The position numbers and the translations under genes are program-made. A DNA stretch of 64,000 nt from Nitrospirota bacterium (GTDB lineage: Bacteria > Nitrospirota > Thermodesulfovibrionia > Thermodesulfovibrionales > SM23-35), in contig CAWGWX010000034.1 of the NCBI GenBank assembly GCA_963826355.1, positions 13,622 to 77,621 of the forward strand, written 5' to 3'. Shown one piece after another: positions 36,862 to 47,404 of the stretch (position 1 is the first letter of the stretch; each line of letters opens with the position of its first letter). The notes beneath the pieces are model-generated. The model saw only the letters and a list, made by a program, of their open reading frames with translations. It was not told where the DNA came from and searched no databases.

Positions 36862-37914
36862 ATGTTTCGTGCTGGGAAAGGCACAATCGGCCTCGACATA
36901 GGCTCAAGTTATATTAAAGTCGTACAGCTGAAGGATATCAAAGGTGGTTATGAACTCGAATTATTTGACATGCTACCTCTTCCTCCGGAAATTATTGTCG
37001 ATGGTTCAATAATAGATTCCTTCCGACTCGTAGACTCCCTCAAGGAACTCATAAGAAAGTCTAAAATAAAGACAAAGAATGCAGTTATTGGTATAGCCGG
37101 CCATTCATCAGTAATAATAAAAAGGATCTCCTTGCCTGAGATGTCAGAGGAAGAACTCTCTGAATCCATAAAGTTCGAGGCAGAACAGTATGTGCCGTTC
37201 AATATCGAAGACGTGAACCTTGATTTTCAGATCCTTGGACCCAAAGATGAACCAGGCCAGATGGATGTTATTCTTGTTGCAGTGAAAAAAGATATAATAA
37301 ATGAATATGTCTCTGCTGTCAGGGAGACAGGCCTTGACCCCGTAATTGTTGATGTGAACCCTTTCGCCCTTGAAAATATGTACGAGATTAATTATGAGAT
37401 TGAGCCTGAAAAAAATATAGCTATTGTAAATATTGGGGCGAGTACCATAAATATGAATGTCCTTAAAGGAGGTATCTCTGTTTTTACGAGAGACAGTGCA
37501 GTCGGCAGCAATCTCCATACAGAGGCCCTTCAGAGGGAATTCAATCTGACATACGAGAATGCAGAAAGGCTCAAGAGGGGCGAGCCGATTGAGAATGTAT
37601 CCCCCGAAGATGCCTTTTCGGTGATAGAATCTGCGTCAGAGGAGATCATAGGGGATGTCAATCGTTCATTTGAGTTTTATAGGAGTACGGAACTACATCA
37701 GGACATTAATGAAGTGATATTGAGTGGAGGATGTGCACTCATAAAGGACTTCCCGAGACTCTTCGCAGATAAGATAGGTATAGAGACCAAGGTCATAGAG
37801 CCTTTTAAAAACATCAAAATATCTAAACGTTTTGATTTAAGCCATATAGAAGAAATTGCCCCGATAGCAGCCGTTGCTACGGGACTGGCCCTCAGAAGGC
37901 CAGGTGATAGATGA
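36862..37914 (+). CDS. pilM: Type IV pilus assembly protein PilM
   Basis: MFRAGKGTIGLDIGSSYIKVVQL (actin-like ATPase N-terminus). The ORF also opens at 36835. A TTGACA-17-TATTCA promoter-like site at 36827-36855 would place the transcription start near ATG 36862. Confidence 0.85.
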   Translation: MFRAGKGTIGLDIGSSYIKVVQLKDIKGGYELELFDMLPLPPEIIVDGSIIDSFRLVDSLKELIRKSKIKTKNAVIGIAGHSSVIIKRISLPEMSEEELSESIKFEAEQYVPFNIEDVNLDFQILGPKDEPGQMDVILVAVKKDIINEYVSAVRETGLDPVIVDVNPFALENMYEINYEIEPEKNIAIVNIGASTINMNVLKGGISVFTRDSAVGSNLHTEALQREFNLTYENAERLKRGEPIENVSPEDAFSVIESASEEIIGDVNRSFEFYRSTELHQDINEVILSGGCALIKDFPRLFADKIGIETKVIEPFKNIKISKRFDLSHIEEIAPIAAVATGLALRRPGDR

Positions 37915-38450
37915 TAAAGGTTAATCTCTTACCTATAAAGAGGAAGAAAAAACCTAAGCCAATACCTTCATTTGTTGTCACTATGGTGATAATCACCATT
38001 ATCACGATTATTGTAATGGCGAATCTTGCCTTCCTTTTCAACGCCCGCCTTTCCAAAAAGAGAACTCTTTTTACAAACAATGAAAGTAAGATAGCCGAGC
38101 TCAAGCAAAAAATAAAAGAAGTAGAGAACTTTGAACAGCTTAACAAGACTATCCTACAGAAGAATAATATTATCGAACAACTGAGAAAGAACCAGAGCAT
38201 GCCGGTGAGACTCCTTAATGAAGCGAATAACCTTCTTCCCAATGGTGTCTGGCTTGATAAGATGACAGTCTCTGGGGAGAACGTCAGTATGGAAGGTTAT
38301 GCTTTTGCGAACTCTGATATTGTTACCTATGTGGATAACATGAAGAATTCTCAGATATTTACTGAGGTGTACTTGCAGGAATCCAAAAGCACAACTATAG
38401 AAAATACTCCTCTCTATATGTTTAAACTAACATTCAAAATGAAGGTGTAA
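37911..38450 (+). CDS. pilN: Type IV pilus assembly protein PilN
   Basis: MIKVNLLP start, one TM segment and a coiled coil. It overlaps the pilM stop. Confidence 0.8.
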   Translation: MIKVNLLPIKRKKKPKPIPSFVVTMVIITIITIIVMANLAFLFNARLSKKRTLFTNNESKIAELKQKIKEVENFEQLNKTILQKNNIIEQLRKNQSMPVRLLNEANNLLPNGVWLDKMTVSGENVSMEGYAFANSDIVTYVDNMKNSQIFTEVYLQESKSTTIENTPLYMFKLTFKMKV

Positions 38451-38451
38451 T

Positions 38452-39081
38452 ATGGCTGTAAAGATTGATATTAAAACCTTACCTTCCTATGTTAAAACGG
38501 TAATCTCCATACTGCCTGCACTGGTGATCGCTGTGGCTGTTACTCTCATTGTCATTTTACCCAAAAATAAAGAGGTCAAGAATCTCGAGAACAAAATTCA
38601 GGTACAAGAAAATGAGATAGCAAAAAGTGAGGCAAAAGTAGAAAAACTTGCAGAACTCATTGCAGAGAACCAAAGGCTCAGAAAAAGGCTTAATGAGCTC
38701 AAAGAACAACTACCCGAAGAAAAAGAGGTATCAGGACTCTTAAAACAGGTTTCAGACCTCGGCATTGGATCAGGACTCCGTATATTACTCTGGAGACCGG
38801 AACAGAAAAAGACCCATGCAAGCGGTATCGTCTATGAGATACCGGTGAAGGTAGAACTTACAGGCAGCTACCATAATCTGGGCTATTTCTATAGCAGTCT
38901 CACAAGGCTGAACAGAATAGTAAATATATCTGACATAAAACTCAGCGATCCAAAACCAGGGAAAGACAGCGCTACGCTTAAGGTAACCTTCACTGCTACG
39001 ACATTCTCGGCGATCCCAGAGGAAGAAATCGCTCAACAAAAAACTGGGAAAGAGGCTGAGAAGAAGGGTAAGAAGACATGA
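38452..39081 (+). CDS. pilO: Type IV pilus assembly protein PilO
   Basis: TM segment, coiled coil, and VKVELTGSYHNLGYFYSSLTRLNRIVNISDIKL. Confidence 0.8.
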   Translation: MAVKIDIKTLPSYVKTVISILPALVIAVAVTLIVILPKNKEVKNLENKIQVQENEIAKSEAKVEKLAELIAENQRLRKRLNELKEQLPEEKEVSGLLKQVSDLGIGSGLRILLWRPEQKKTHASGIVYEIPVKVELTGSYHNLGYFYSSLTRLNRIVNISDIKLSDPKPGKDSATLKVTFTATTFSAIPEEEIAQQKTGKEAEKKGKKT

Positions 39082-39596
39082 GGAAGATAACCTGTTGCTT
39101 CATCATGCTTTTTCTTTTATTACCCTTTGCAGGCTGCAAAAAAGAACAGGCTCCTGTAAAAAAACCGATGGCCGGGCAGGTTCAACCTCCACCGGCAACA
39201 CCGGAAGTAAAGAGCCCAGAAGAGACAAAGAAGGCCGAGCAGGAAATATATGTGTATGACGCAAAAGGGAAAAGGGACCCTTTCCTTTCTCTCGTAACGA
39301 TATTAAAACAGAAGCCAGAAAGGAGGAAGGGCTCGACTCCTTTTGAAAGCTACAGTGTCGATGAAATAAATCTTTTAGCAATTGCATGGGATAATCAAAA
39401 GTATTATGCCCTCATCATGTTGCCTGATAAAAAGTCGTATACGATTACGGAAGGGATGAAATTGGGACTCTATGGAGGGAAGGTACAGAAAATAACTAAG
39501 GATATGGTGGTAATCAGGGAATACATGAAAGACTATAAAGGCGATCTTAAACCAAAGGATTCAATATTGAAACTCCGTAAAGAGGAGGGAGGATGA
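39078..39596 (+). CDS. pilP: Pilus assembly lipoprotein PilP
   Basis: Lipobox LLLPFAGC, the motif GKRDPF, and its position between pilO and pilQ. Confidence 0.7.
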   Translation: MRKITCCFIMLFLLLPFAGCKKEQAPVKKPMAGQVQPPPATPEVKSPEETKKAEQEIYVYDAKGKRDPFLSLVTILKQKPERRKGSTPFESYSVDEINLLAIAWDNQKYYALIMLPDKKSYTITEGMKLGLYGGKVQKITKDMVVIREYMKDYKGDLKPKDSILKLRKEEGG

Positions 39597-41756
39597 AACT
39601 CATAGTAAAGGAAAAGAAGCGAAAAGCTAAGAGCAAGCAAAGAGCGAAAAACAAATGGCAATACTCTAAATCAATTCTTTTATACTCCATGATGCTATGC
39701 TCTCTGCTCTTTGCTCTCTATGGTTGCGCAACAACAGGTGATGCTAAAGAAACTACACAGCCTGAAAGAACTCCTGTAATAACCGGAATAGATCTTCAGG
39801 ATTATTCAGTAACGATAAAGGTTAGTAAACCTTTTAGTTACACCATGTACAGGCCAGAGGACCCTTATAAAGTTGTCGTTGAACTTCTTGATGTTAACAT
39901 GGGTGCTTTTAATATGAAGATCATTTCTGATAAGGCAGGAATAACCGAGATCGTTCCCTACCAGATTGAGTCACCTTTTATGACAAGGCTCGAAATACTG
40001 CTTCAGACGCCTACTACAGCTGAACCAGAGTATAAAGACAATGCACTGAAAATCAGGATAAAAGAATCACCGAAAGAAGTAACAAAAGCAGAAATAATGA
40101 AAGCAAAGGAAGAGGTATCAGAAACAAAAGAACCCGAACCTGTTATGCCTGAAGAGAAACAGCTTCCAAAGGCTACAGAGATAACCAGTATCTCCTTCGA
40201 AAGGTCAGCTGACATCGTCAAAGTCCTTATTAAAGGTAATGGATCTATGAATCCAAATGTTTTACCTTTAGATAATCGCATCGTCATAGACGTTCCTGAT
40301 GTAGATATGAAAGCTCAGATTCCAGAGTCAGTGGTATCACCATTAAAAAGTATCAGATCAGGGAAACATGATAACAAGATACGATTAGTCCTCGATCTCA
40401 AAGAAAAGACAGATTTTGATGTCACAACAATCGGAGACACCCTTGTCGTAGCCCTATCAACTCTATCAGTACCAATTTCTCAGAGGTCTGAAGAAAAGAT
40501 AGAGGCTGCAGAATCCATGCCGGGTTCAGAAGGTAAATATACCGGCAAAAAGATATCTCTCGATTTTCAAGATGCTGATATCGTTCCGATATTTAGGTTA
40601 CTTTCTGATATTAGTGGTTATAACATCGTCGTGAGTCCTGAGGTCAAAGGTAAATTAACAATGAAGCTCATCAATGTGCCCTGGGATCAAGCACTCGACA
40701 TAATATTGAAGACCTTCAGCCTTGGGAAGACTGTTGAAAATAACATCATAAGGATTGCACCCTATAATGCTTTTGCTAAAGAGATGGAAGAGGCAGTAAA
40801 GTCAGTGCCCTTAGATACTAAAATATTTCACATCAGCTATGCCGATGTATCTAATATAGAGAAGTCCATAAAAGATGCAAAGATACTTTCATCAAGAGGA
40901 AGCATTAGCGTTGATAAAAGGACAAGCTCCGTGGCCATTAATGATGTAGAAGCAGTTTTCCCGCAAATCGAAAATCTCCTTTCAACCCTCGATACACCAA
41001 CACCCCAGGTAATGATAGAGGCAAGGCTTGTTGAGGTGAATACATCAGATGTCAGCGCTTTGGGAATTCAATGGGGAGTAGCCCACGAAGCGGGAAGTAA
41101 ACCATTTCAGGGGAACGTAAACCTAGGTAAAGGAGCCTTTACAGGGAAGAACTTCATGGTTGACTTCCCAGCGAGCTGGGGCGGGCCCTGGCGCTGGTGC
41201 TGGATTTGCTATCGGAATTCTGGATACTACAAGGACGATGGGGCTTGATCTGCAGCTCTCTGCACTTGAGAGACTTGAGAAGAGTAAGATAATTTCTACC
41301 CCTCGGATCGTTACTACAGATAATGAAAAAGCTTCAATAATGCAGGGAACAAGTGTACCTTTTCCCAAAGTAGACGTGCAATCGGGTCAAATATCGGTTG
41401 AATATAAAGATGTTGTTATTCTCATAGAGGTAACACCCCATATAACCCCCTCCGGAGCTGTCACTACGTTAATTTTTGTGAAAAAGGAAGATGTCATACG
41501 TGAAACCTCAATTGGCGGTAATCCGGTTCCCGTTACTTCTAAAATAGAGGGAAATACAAAAGTTCTCGTGCAGACTGGAGAGACTATCGTTATTGGTGGA
41601 CTCTTAAAGAAGACAGAGAAGGAAAACACTTCAGGTGTTCCAGGTTTGATGAATATTCCTATTCTTGGATGGTTATTTAAGACCAAAGGGACTTCTGAAG
41701 AAACAAGCGAGCTTTTGATATTCATTACGCCGAGGGTTTTGGAGAAAACAATATGA
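39593..41756 (+). pseudogene. pilQ: Type IV pilus secretin PilQ, interrupted by a +1 frameshift in the secretin domain
   Basis: AMIN-like N-terminal repeats. The secretin core is split between ORF 39593..41248 (..NFMVDFPAS) and ORF 41160..41756 (GAGPGAGAGFAIGIL...LSALERLEKSKIISTPRIVTTDNEKASIMQG...LLIFITPRV). The shift site lies between 41127 and 41248, probably near GCGAGCTGGGG (41171-41181). Confidence 0.85.
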
Positions 41757-42391
41757 TTTCTCCTGTTGTGAATGCGTTCACGTATCTTACTAGATGAACT
41801 GAACGCAAGAATAATCAATACCTGAAGGCAATTTTTTAGAGTAAAAAACAAAAATATATGTCCCACCTCCGATTTCTTACCGCTGGTGAATCCCATGGGA
41901 GGGCGCTTATAGGAATTCTTGAGGGCATTCCCTCCGGGCTTTCTATTTCTGTAGAGGATATTGACAGAGACCTCAAAAGAAGACAGTCAGGTCATGGTCG
42001 CGGTGCTCGGATGAAGATAGAGTCTGACCATGCTGAGATCCTTTCAGGAGTGAGGTGGGGAAAAACAATAGGTTCTCCCATAACTCTTTTTATTGAAAAT
42101 AAAGACTGGAAGAACTGGCAGGATGTAATGTCAACGGAGTTCGTCAGTCTGGGCCAGAAGAGTTCGGGAAGTCAAGATCCCAGAATGGAAATCGTCACCC
42201 GTCCACGCCCTGGCCATGCAGACTTAGCAGGTGCCATAAAGTATAGCCAATATGATTTAAGAAATATTCTTGAACGCTCAAGTGCCAGGGAAACGGCAAT
42301 GAGAGTTGGCCTTGGCGCACTTGCAAAAAAGTTTCTTTTGGAATTTAGGATTAAAGTTGGTAGTTATGTTATCCAGATAGGCAAAATCAAA

Positions 42392-42426
42392 GTTCAAACT
42401 TCAAACTTCAAACTTCAAAGTTCAGG
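42392..42426 (+). repeat. Heptamer tandem array (N)TTCAAA x5 inside aroC (in frame; encodes VQTSNFKLQSSG)
   Basis: GTTCAAA CTTCAAA CTTCAAA CTTCAAA GTTCAGG. Confidence 0.85.
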
Positions 42427-42741
42427 AAAAATACTATTATCTCTGTTCGAAAAGGCAGAAAGGTCACCGGTCAGGTGTCCGGATGAAGAGATTTCAGCAA
42501 AGATGACCAAGCTGATAGACAAGGTAACCAAAGATGGGAATTCCCTTGGAGGTATATTTGAGGTCTTCGTAACAGGTGTCCCCATAGGTCTTGGAAGTCA
42601 CATGCAATGGGACAAAAGGCTCGATGGAAGGCTTGCACAGGCGCTCATGGGCATCCAGGCAATAAAAGGAGTTGAGACCGGTATCGGTTTTGAGATAGCA
42701 AGACGCTTCGGCTCAGAAGTTATGGATGAAATATTTTATAC

Positions 42742-42769
42742 TCAGGAGTCAGGAGTCAGGAGTCAGGAG
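42742..42769 (+). repeat. Perfect heptamer tandem array (TCAGGAG)x4 inside aroC
   Basis: Four exact copies (28 nt). The reading frame differs on the two sides of the array. Confidence 0.9.
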
Positions 42770-43143
42770 GTTTCTATAGAAAAACTAACTATGCTGGTGG
42801 GATAGAAGGTGGTATGACGAACGGAATGCCCATAATTATGAGAGCAGCAATGAAACCCATACCTACCTTAAAGAGACCTCTTCGATCTGTTGACATCATA
42901 ACAAAAAAGCCTGTAGAAGCAGCCTATGAACGTTCGGACATCTGTGCAGTACCTGCAGCAGGAGTAATAGCAGAGGCGATGATTGCCCTGATTATTGCAG
43001 ATGCCTTCCTCGAAAAATTCGGCGGGGATAGCATAACCGAAACAAAACGTAATTACGACTCCTATATTGAGTATATAAAGAAATTTTAGGTTCTTCTCCT
43101 CATTAGTTTTACAAAGGGGATTATCGTAATTAATTTTTGGCTC

Positions 43144-43176
43144 GAACCCTTTAACCCTTAAATCCTTGAATCCCTA
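43144..43176 (-). repeat. Octamer-periodic array directly after the aspS stop (minus strand)
   Basis: Minus strand reads GGGATTCA AGGATTTA AGGGTTAA AGGGTTCG. The aspS stop is at 43181-43183. Confidence 0.55.
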
Positions 43177-43180
43177 TTTT

Positions 43181-44977
43181 CTAAGGCAGGTCTGTCTTTA
43201 TAGAAAGCTCTTTCAGTTGTTTTGGCTCGACTTGAGACGGGGTGCCGCTCATAAGGCATGATGCCTTCTGAGTCTTCGGGAAGGCAATTACATCCCTGAT
43301 GGACGTTGCATCAACCATAATCATTACAAGCCTGTCAAGACCAAGCGCTATCCCTCCATGGGGAGGTGCGCCAAATTCGAAGGCATCCAACAAAAAGCCG
43401 AACTTTATTCTCGCTTCTTCTTCTGATATCCCAAGAATCTCGAACATCTTTTTCTGGAGATCACGTATATGGATACGGATGCTCCCGCCTCCTATTTCAT
43501 AGCCATTGAGAACAATATCATATGCTTTTGCCTTTACCTTCGTTAAAAGTCTGAAATCAGAGGTTTCAGGCTTAAGGTTAGCAATACTTACCGAGGAGAG
43601 CTTATCTATGTCCTCGTCCATAGGTGAAGTAAAAGGATGGTGCATTGCTTCGAACCGGCCTTCATCTTTATTCCATTCAAAGAGCGGGAAATCTGTAATC
43701 CAGACAAACTTATATCCCGACCTTATCAGATTCAATCTCCTTCCAAGTTCAATTCTCATCCTGCCTAAAACATCATGAACGACCTTCTCTTCATCAGCAA
43801 CAAAGAGCATCAAATCCCCTTCTTCTGCCTCAAGCATCCTAGCCATTTCTTTCATTATGTCTTCATGGAAAAACTTTGCTATGGGGGATTCAAAACCATT
43901 TTTCACTTTAATCCATGCAAGTCCTTTTGCACCAAAAGACACAGCTTCTTCTGTGAGCAAGTCTATCTCTTTCCTTGAAAGGGCTGCCAAGCCCTTTCCG
44001 TTAATCGCCTTAACTCTTCCACCAGCTTGAAGGGCTTCTAGGAATACGCGGAATGAACCCTTCTCTGACAGGTCAGCCATATCCTTGAGTTCGAGGCTGA
44101 ATCTCAAATCGGGCTTATCAGTGCCAAACCTTTCCAGAGATTCGTGAAAGCTCAATCTTTCAAAAGGTGTCTCGATCTCGACCTCAAGGACATTTCTGAA
44201 GAGCCTTTTCATCATGCCTTCTATAACATCTATAACATCCTCTCTATCTGCAAAAGACATCTCAAGGTCAACCTGTGTGAATTCAGGCTGTCGGTCTGCT
44301 CGGAGATCTTCATCTCTAAAACACTTCACAATCTGGAAATACTTCTCAAAGCCAGAAACCATCAATATCTGTTTGAAAAGTTGTGGTGACTGAGGTAATG
44401 CATAAAAATATCCAGGATTCAAACGGCTTGGAACGAGATAGTCTCGTGCGCCTTCAGGGGTGGATTTCGTGAGTACAGGTGTCTCAATCTCGAGAAATCC
44501 TTTCTCATCAAGATAATCCCTGATAACCTTGGTAGCCTTATGTCGTATCATTAAATTTCTCTGCATTTCTGGTCTTCTTAAATCAAGATACCTATATTTG
44601 AGTCTCAGTGCTTCTGAGGCATCGCCGGCATCTTCTATATTGAACGGCAAAGGAGCCGCCTTATTTAAGATTTCGAGTGAAGTTGCATACATCTCGACTT
44701 TGCCTGTTGGAATATGAGGATTTTCTGTACCCTCAGGCCTTTTTCTGATCTCACCTGTTACAGAGACTACATATTCAGTTCTCAGTTCATGTGCAAGTTC
44801 GTGTGCCTTTGGTGATTTTTCAGGGCTAAAGACCACCTGAAGTATTCCGCTTCTGTCACGCAGATCCACAAATATGAGTCCTCCGTGATCTCTCCGTCTG
44901 AAAACCCATCCGCAGAGGTTCATATCTCTTCTTATATCTGATACTTTTATCTCACCGCAACCTTTATCACGAATCAT
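43181..44977 (-). CDS. aspS: Aspartate--tRNA ligase
   Basis: 598 aa with class IIb motifs: [37 protein letters not shown] and [12 protein letters not shown]. Confidence 0.95.
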   Translation of the reverse strand: MIRDKGCGEIKVSDIRRDMNLCGWVFRRRDHGGLIFVDLRDRSGILQVVFSPEKSPKAHELAHELRTEYVVSVTGEIRKRPEGTENPHIPTGKVEMYATSLEILNKAAPLPFNIEDAGDASEALRLKYRYLDLRRPEMQRNLMIRHKATKVIRDYLDEKGFLEIETPVLTKSTPEGARDYLVPSRLNPGYFYALPQSPQLFKQILMVSGFEKYFQIVKCFRDEDLRADRQPEFTQVDLEMSFADREDVIDVIEGMMKRLFRNVLEVEIETPFERLSFHESLERFGTDKPDLRFSLELKDMADLSEKGSFRVFLEALQAGGRVKAINGKGLAALSRKEIDLLTEEAVSFGAKGLAWIKVKNGFESPIAKFFHEDIMKEMARMLEAEEGDLMLFVADEEKVVHDVLGRMRIELGRRLNLIRSGYKFVWITDFPLFEWNKDEGRFEAMHHPFTSPMDEDIDKLSSVSIANLKPETSDFRLLTKVKAKAYDIVLNGYEIGGGSIRIHIRDLQKKMFEILGISEEEARIKFGFLLDAFEFGAPPHGGIALGLDRLVMIMVDATSIRDVIAFPKTQKASCLMSGTPSQVEPKQLKELSIKTDLP

Positions 44978-44988
44978 GGGATACCCAT

Positions 44989-45756
44989 TCAGTTATCAGG
45001 TTTTGATTTTAGCTGACTTCCTTGTGTACTCTCACCTATTCCCTTTCGGATTAGCTGGAGTTCATCAAGAGTTAAGTATCTCAATTCCCCTGTCTTCAAA
45101 CACCCCAGTTTAAGCCCGTTAATGCCAATTCTTTTCAGAGTGATAACAGGATAACCGACACTTTCAAGCATTCTTCTTACCTGTCTTTTTCTCCCTTCAT
45201 AAATAGTAATCTCAATCCACGAGTTTTTCTCTGACTGCCTTACTCTTTTTACCTGAGCAGGTAAGGTTCTTCCGCCCTCAAGCCTCACACCATGCCTCAA
45301 CCTCTCAATATTATCTTCCCCTATTAAGCCCTTAACTTTAACAAGATACGTCTTTGAAATCTTCTTTGACGGATGCAAAACCGCATGGGAAAAATCTCCA
45401 TCATTTGTCAACAAGAGAAGTCCCTCAGAGGCATAATCAAGTCTTCCTACAGGAAATACTCTGTATTTTACATTTTTCAAAAAATCCTTTACAGTAGGTC
45501 TTCCCTCAGGATCGGACAAGGTCGTTACAACCCCTTTTGGTTTGTTGATCATGATATAGACTTTCTGGACATACCTTTTAAGCCCTGTAATAAGCTTTCC
45601 ATCAACCTTAATATAATCTCTTGAAGGATCTGCCTTCATCCCGATAGTTGCAACCTTCCCATTGACAGTCACCCTCCCCTTAAAGATAAGCTCCTCAGCC
45701 TTCCTCCTGGCTGCAATCCCCATCTCAGAGAGAATCTTCTGAAGCCTTTTTTCCAT
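44989..45756 (-). CDS. Pseudouridine synthase, RsuA/RluB family (S4 domain plus PSUS core)
   Basis: Start at [24 protein letters not shown] (S4 domain). Core motif [21 protein letters not shown]. Confidence 0.85.
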   Translation of the reverse strand: MEKRLQKILSEMGIAARRKAEELIFKGRVTVNGKVATIGMKADPSRDYIKVDGKLITGLKRYVQKVYIMINKPKGVVTTLSDPEGRPTVKDFLKNVKYRVFPVGRLDYASEGLLLLTNDGDFSHAVLHPSKKISKTYLVKVKGLIGEDNIERLRHGVRLEGGRTLPAQVKRVRQSEKNSWIEITIYEGRKRQVRRMLESVGYPVITLKRIGINGLKLGCLKTGELRYLTLDELQLIRKGIGESTQGSQLKSKPDN

Positions 45757-45985
45757 AAATACAAATAATAACATAAAATAATATACATGGGTTACTATCT
45801 CTTTTTGAGACTCCTTTTTTAACGATGGATACTGAGGTCTTCAGGACAATTAATACCTGAGGGGATGGCATAATGAGGGGAAAATGTAATGCCTGATTTT
45901 ATATAGACAGTTCTTCTAAATACCTAACTTTTGAGAAAGGGGACAGAAAAGCTCTCTCTTCTGAAGATATTTTTGAGATTTTCCC

Positions 45986-47404
45986 TTATTGTTTTTTCCA
46001 TGAGGTTACAAATGTCTGAAGGCCTTCGGTCTTTGTTATTTTTGCAGATAGAGTCTCAGCCGTTTCCCTGTTGCTGAATTTGCCCGTCCATACCTTATAG
46101 AGCCTTCCCTCCTTTTTTGATTTTGACGAGGTTATATAGGTATGATATCCCTTTTTATCAAGTCTTTTCTTGAGGGACTTTGCATAAGAGACATCGGTGA
46201 AGGCACCCACCTGGACTGTAAATATCGCCTGTGAGGGTTTCTGGGATTGTGAAAGTTTTATTTTTGTTTTTTCAGTGGTCTCTGCCTTTTCACTTTGTGG
46301 TACAGCTTCTTGAAGGGGGGTAGAGGTCTGGGCTCTAACCTCTCCAGGAGATTTTTCCGCCAAAATTGATTCTTGAGGTGGAGGAGAAGCTTGTGATTGA
46401 ACCTGTTTAGTCAATCTTTCGTTTTGAACGAAGGTCCTTAAGGATTTAATCTCAAGACTTTTATTTAATGAGCTTTTCCAAGCAAAATAACCAACTATAA
46501 GACTCGCTAAGACCGTGACGAATATGGCTGAAATGATAATGCCAATAGAGGTTGATTTATTCCTTACAATGTTTCTCTCCCCTATTGGTAAATCTGCTGT
46601 CTTTATTTCTCTTTCTATAAATAAGTCTGTTTCCAGTTGTTCTTCCTCTAGCATAGCTGATGTTTCTGGTTTCTCGCTTTCTCGCAATATCTCAGACTCC
46701 TTCCCATCCAAGGACTTTTCCCGTTCTCCATGCTTTTCTATCACTTCTTCTATAGAAAATCTCACAGGTTGTTCTGAAACCATCTCTTTATCATGGATAC
46801 CCTCTTTTATCCAGCCATGTTTGGGACAGAAAACCCAACCAGATTTCTTGAAATCCTCTTTTCTCTTTCCATATTTCTCAATCTGTTTATTGCAAATGGT
46901 GCAATACATGGTTCTATCTGTTGCTTTATTCATGTCGTCTTTTAGTTCCTTTTCTAGCATAGCTGATGTTTCTGGTTTCTCGCTTTCTCGCAATATCTCA
47001 GACTCCTTCCCATCCAAGGACTTTTCCCGTTCCCCATGCTTTTCTATCACTTCTTCTATAGAAAATCTCACAGGTTGTTCTGAAACCATCTCTTTATCAT
47101 GGATACCCTCTTTTATCCAGCCATGTTTGGGACAGAAAACCCAACCAGATTTCTTGAAATCCTCTTTTCTCTTTCCATATTTCTCAATCTGTTTATTGCA
47201 AATGGTGCAATACATGGTTCTATCCCCCGTCATACTCTTATCGTTTTGTGATGCTTTTTTCTCTATCTCCTTTTTGAATCTATCCGGACCCTTTGACTCT
47301 TCTTCCTCAGGAGTGAACGATGCTTCTGATCTCTCCATTTCGGAAAGTGTCTCCGGCTCGTTTTCTGCTAAAGGATTTTCCTGTTCTCTATGTTCTTCTT
47401 GCAC
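45986..47404 (-). CDS. SPOR-domain membrane protein with a duplicated zinc-ribbon module
   Basis: C-terminal SPOR domain (IFTVQVGAFTDVSYAKSLKKRLDKKGYHTYITSSKSKKEGRLYKVWTGKF). One TM segment. Two near-identical copies of CTICNKQIEKYGK...WVFCPKHGW units. Confidence 0.75.
   Translation of the reverse strand: MQEEHREQENPLAENEPETLSEMERSEASFTPEEEESKGPDRFKKEIEKKASQNDKSMTGDRTMYCTICNKQIEKYGKRKEDFKKSGWVFCPKHGWIKEGIHDKEMVSEQPVRFSIEEVIEKHGEREKSLDGKESEILRESEKPETSAMLEKELKDDMNKATDRTMYCTICNKQIEKYGKRKEDFKKSGWVFCPKHGWIKEGIHDKEMVSEQPVRFSIEEVIEKHGEREKSLDGKESEILRESEKPETSAMLEEEQLETDLFIEREIKTADLPIGERNIVRNKSTSIGIIISAIFVTVLASLIVGYFAWKSSLNKSLEIKSLRTFVQNERLTKQVQSQASPPPQESILAEKSPGEVRAQTSTPLQEAVPQSEKAETTEKTKIKLSQSQKPSQAIFTVQVGAFTDVSYAKSLKKRLDKKGYHTYITSSKSKKEGRLYKVWTGKFSNRETAETLSAKITKTEGLQTFVTSWKKQ
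46648..47224. repeat. Direct tandem duplication, period 306 bp, inside the SPOR gene
   Basis: 46648-46918 and 46954-47224 are identical at 270/271 positions. The only difference is T 46727 versus C 47033, which is synonymous. Confidence 0.9.

Larger units (their letters stand above)
41858..43089 (+). pseudogene. aroC: Chorismate synthase, frame broken inside a (TCAGGAG)x4 heptamer array
   Basis: Motifs FLTAGESHG, RPGHADL and SARETA. After the array, the A+2 frame reads [29 protein letters not shown]. Two or five repeat copies would be in frame. Confidence 0.9.

Noticed and set aside
41387-41896. 169-aa minus-strand ORF overlapping the pilQ 3' end and the aroC start.
   Set aside because: It is antisense to strongly supported secretin sequence (..IISTPRIVTTDNEKA..LLIFITPRV) and has no motifs.
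42392-47224. Tandem repeats (heptamer arrays and the 306-bp duplication) considered as a possible CRISPR array.
   Set aside because: The units are 7 nt with no spacers, or a single 306-bp coding duplication. No cas genes are present and there is no repeat-spacer periodicity of 25-40 nt.
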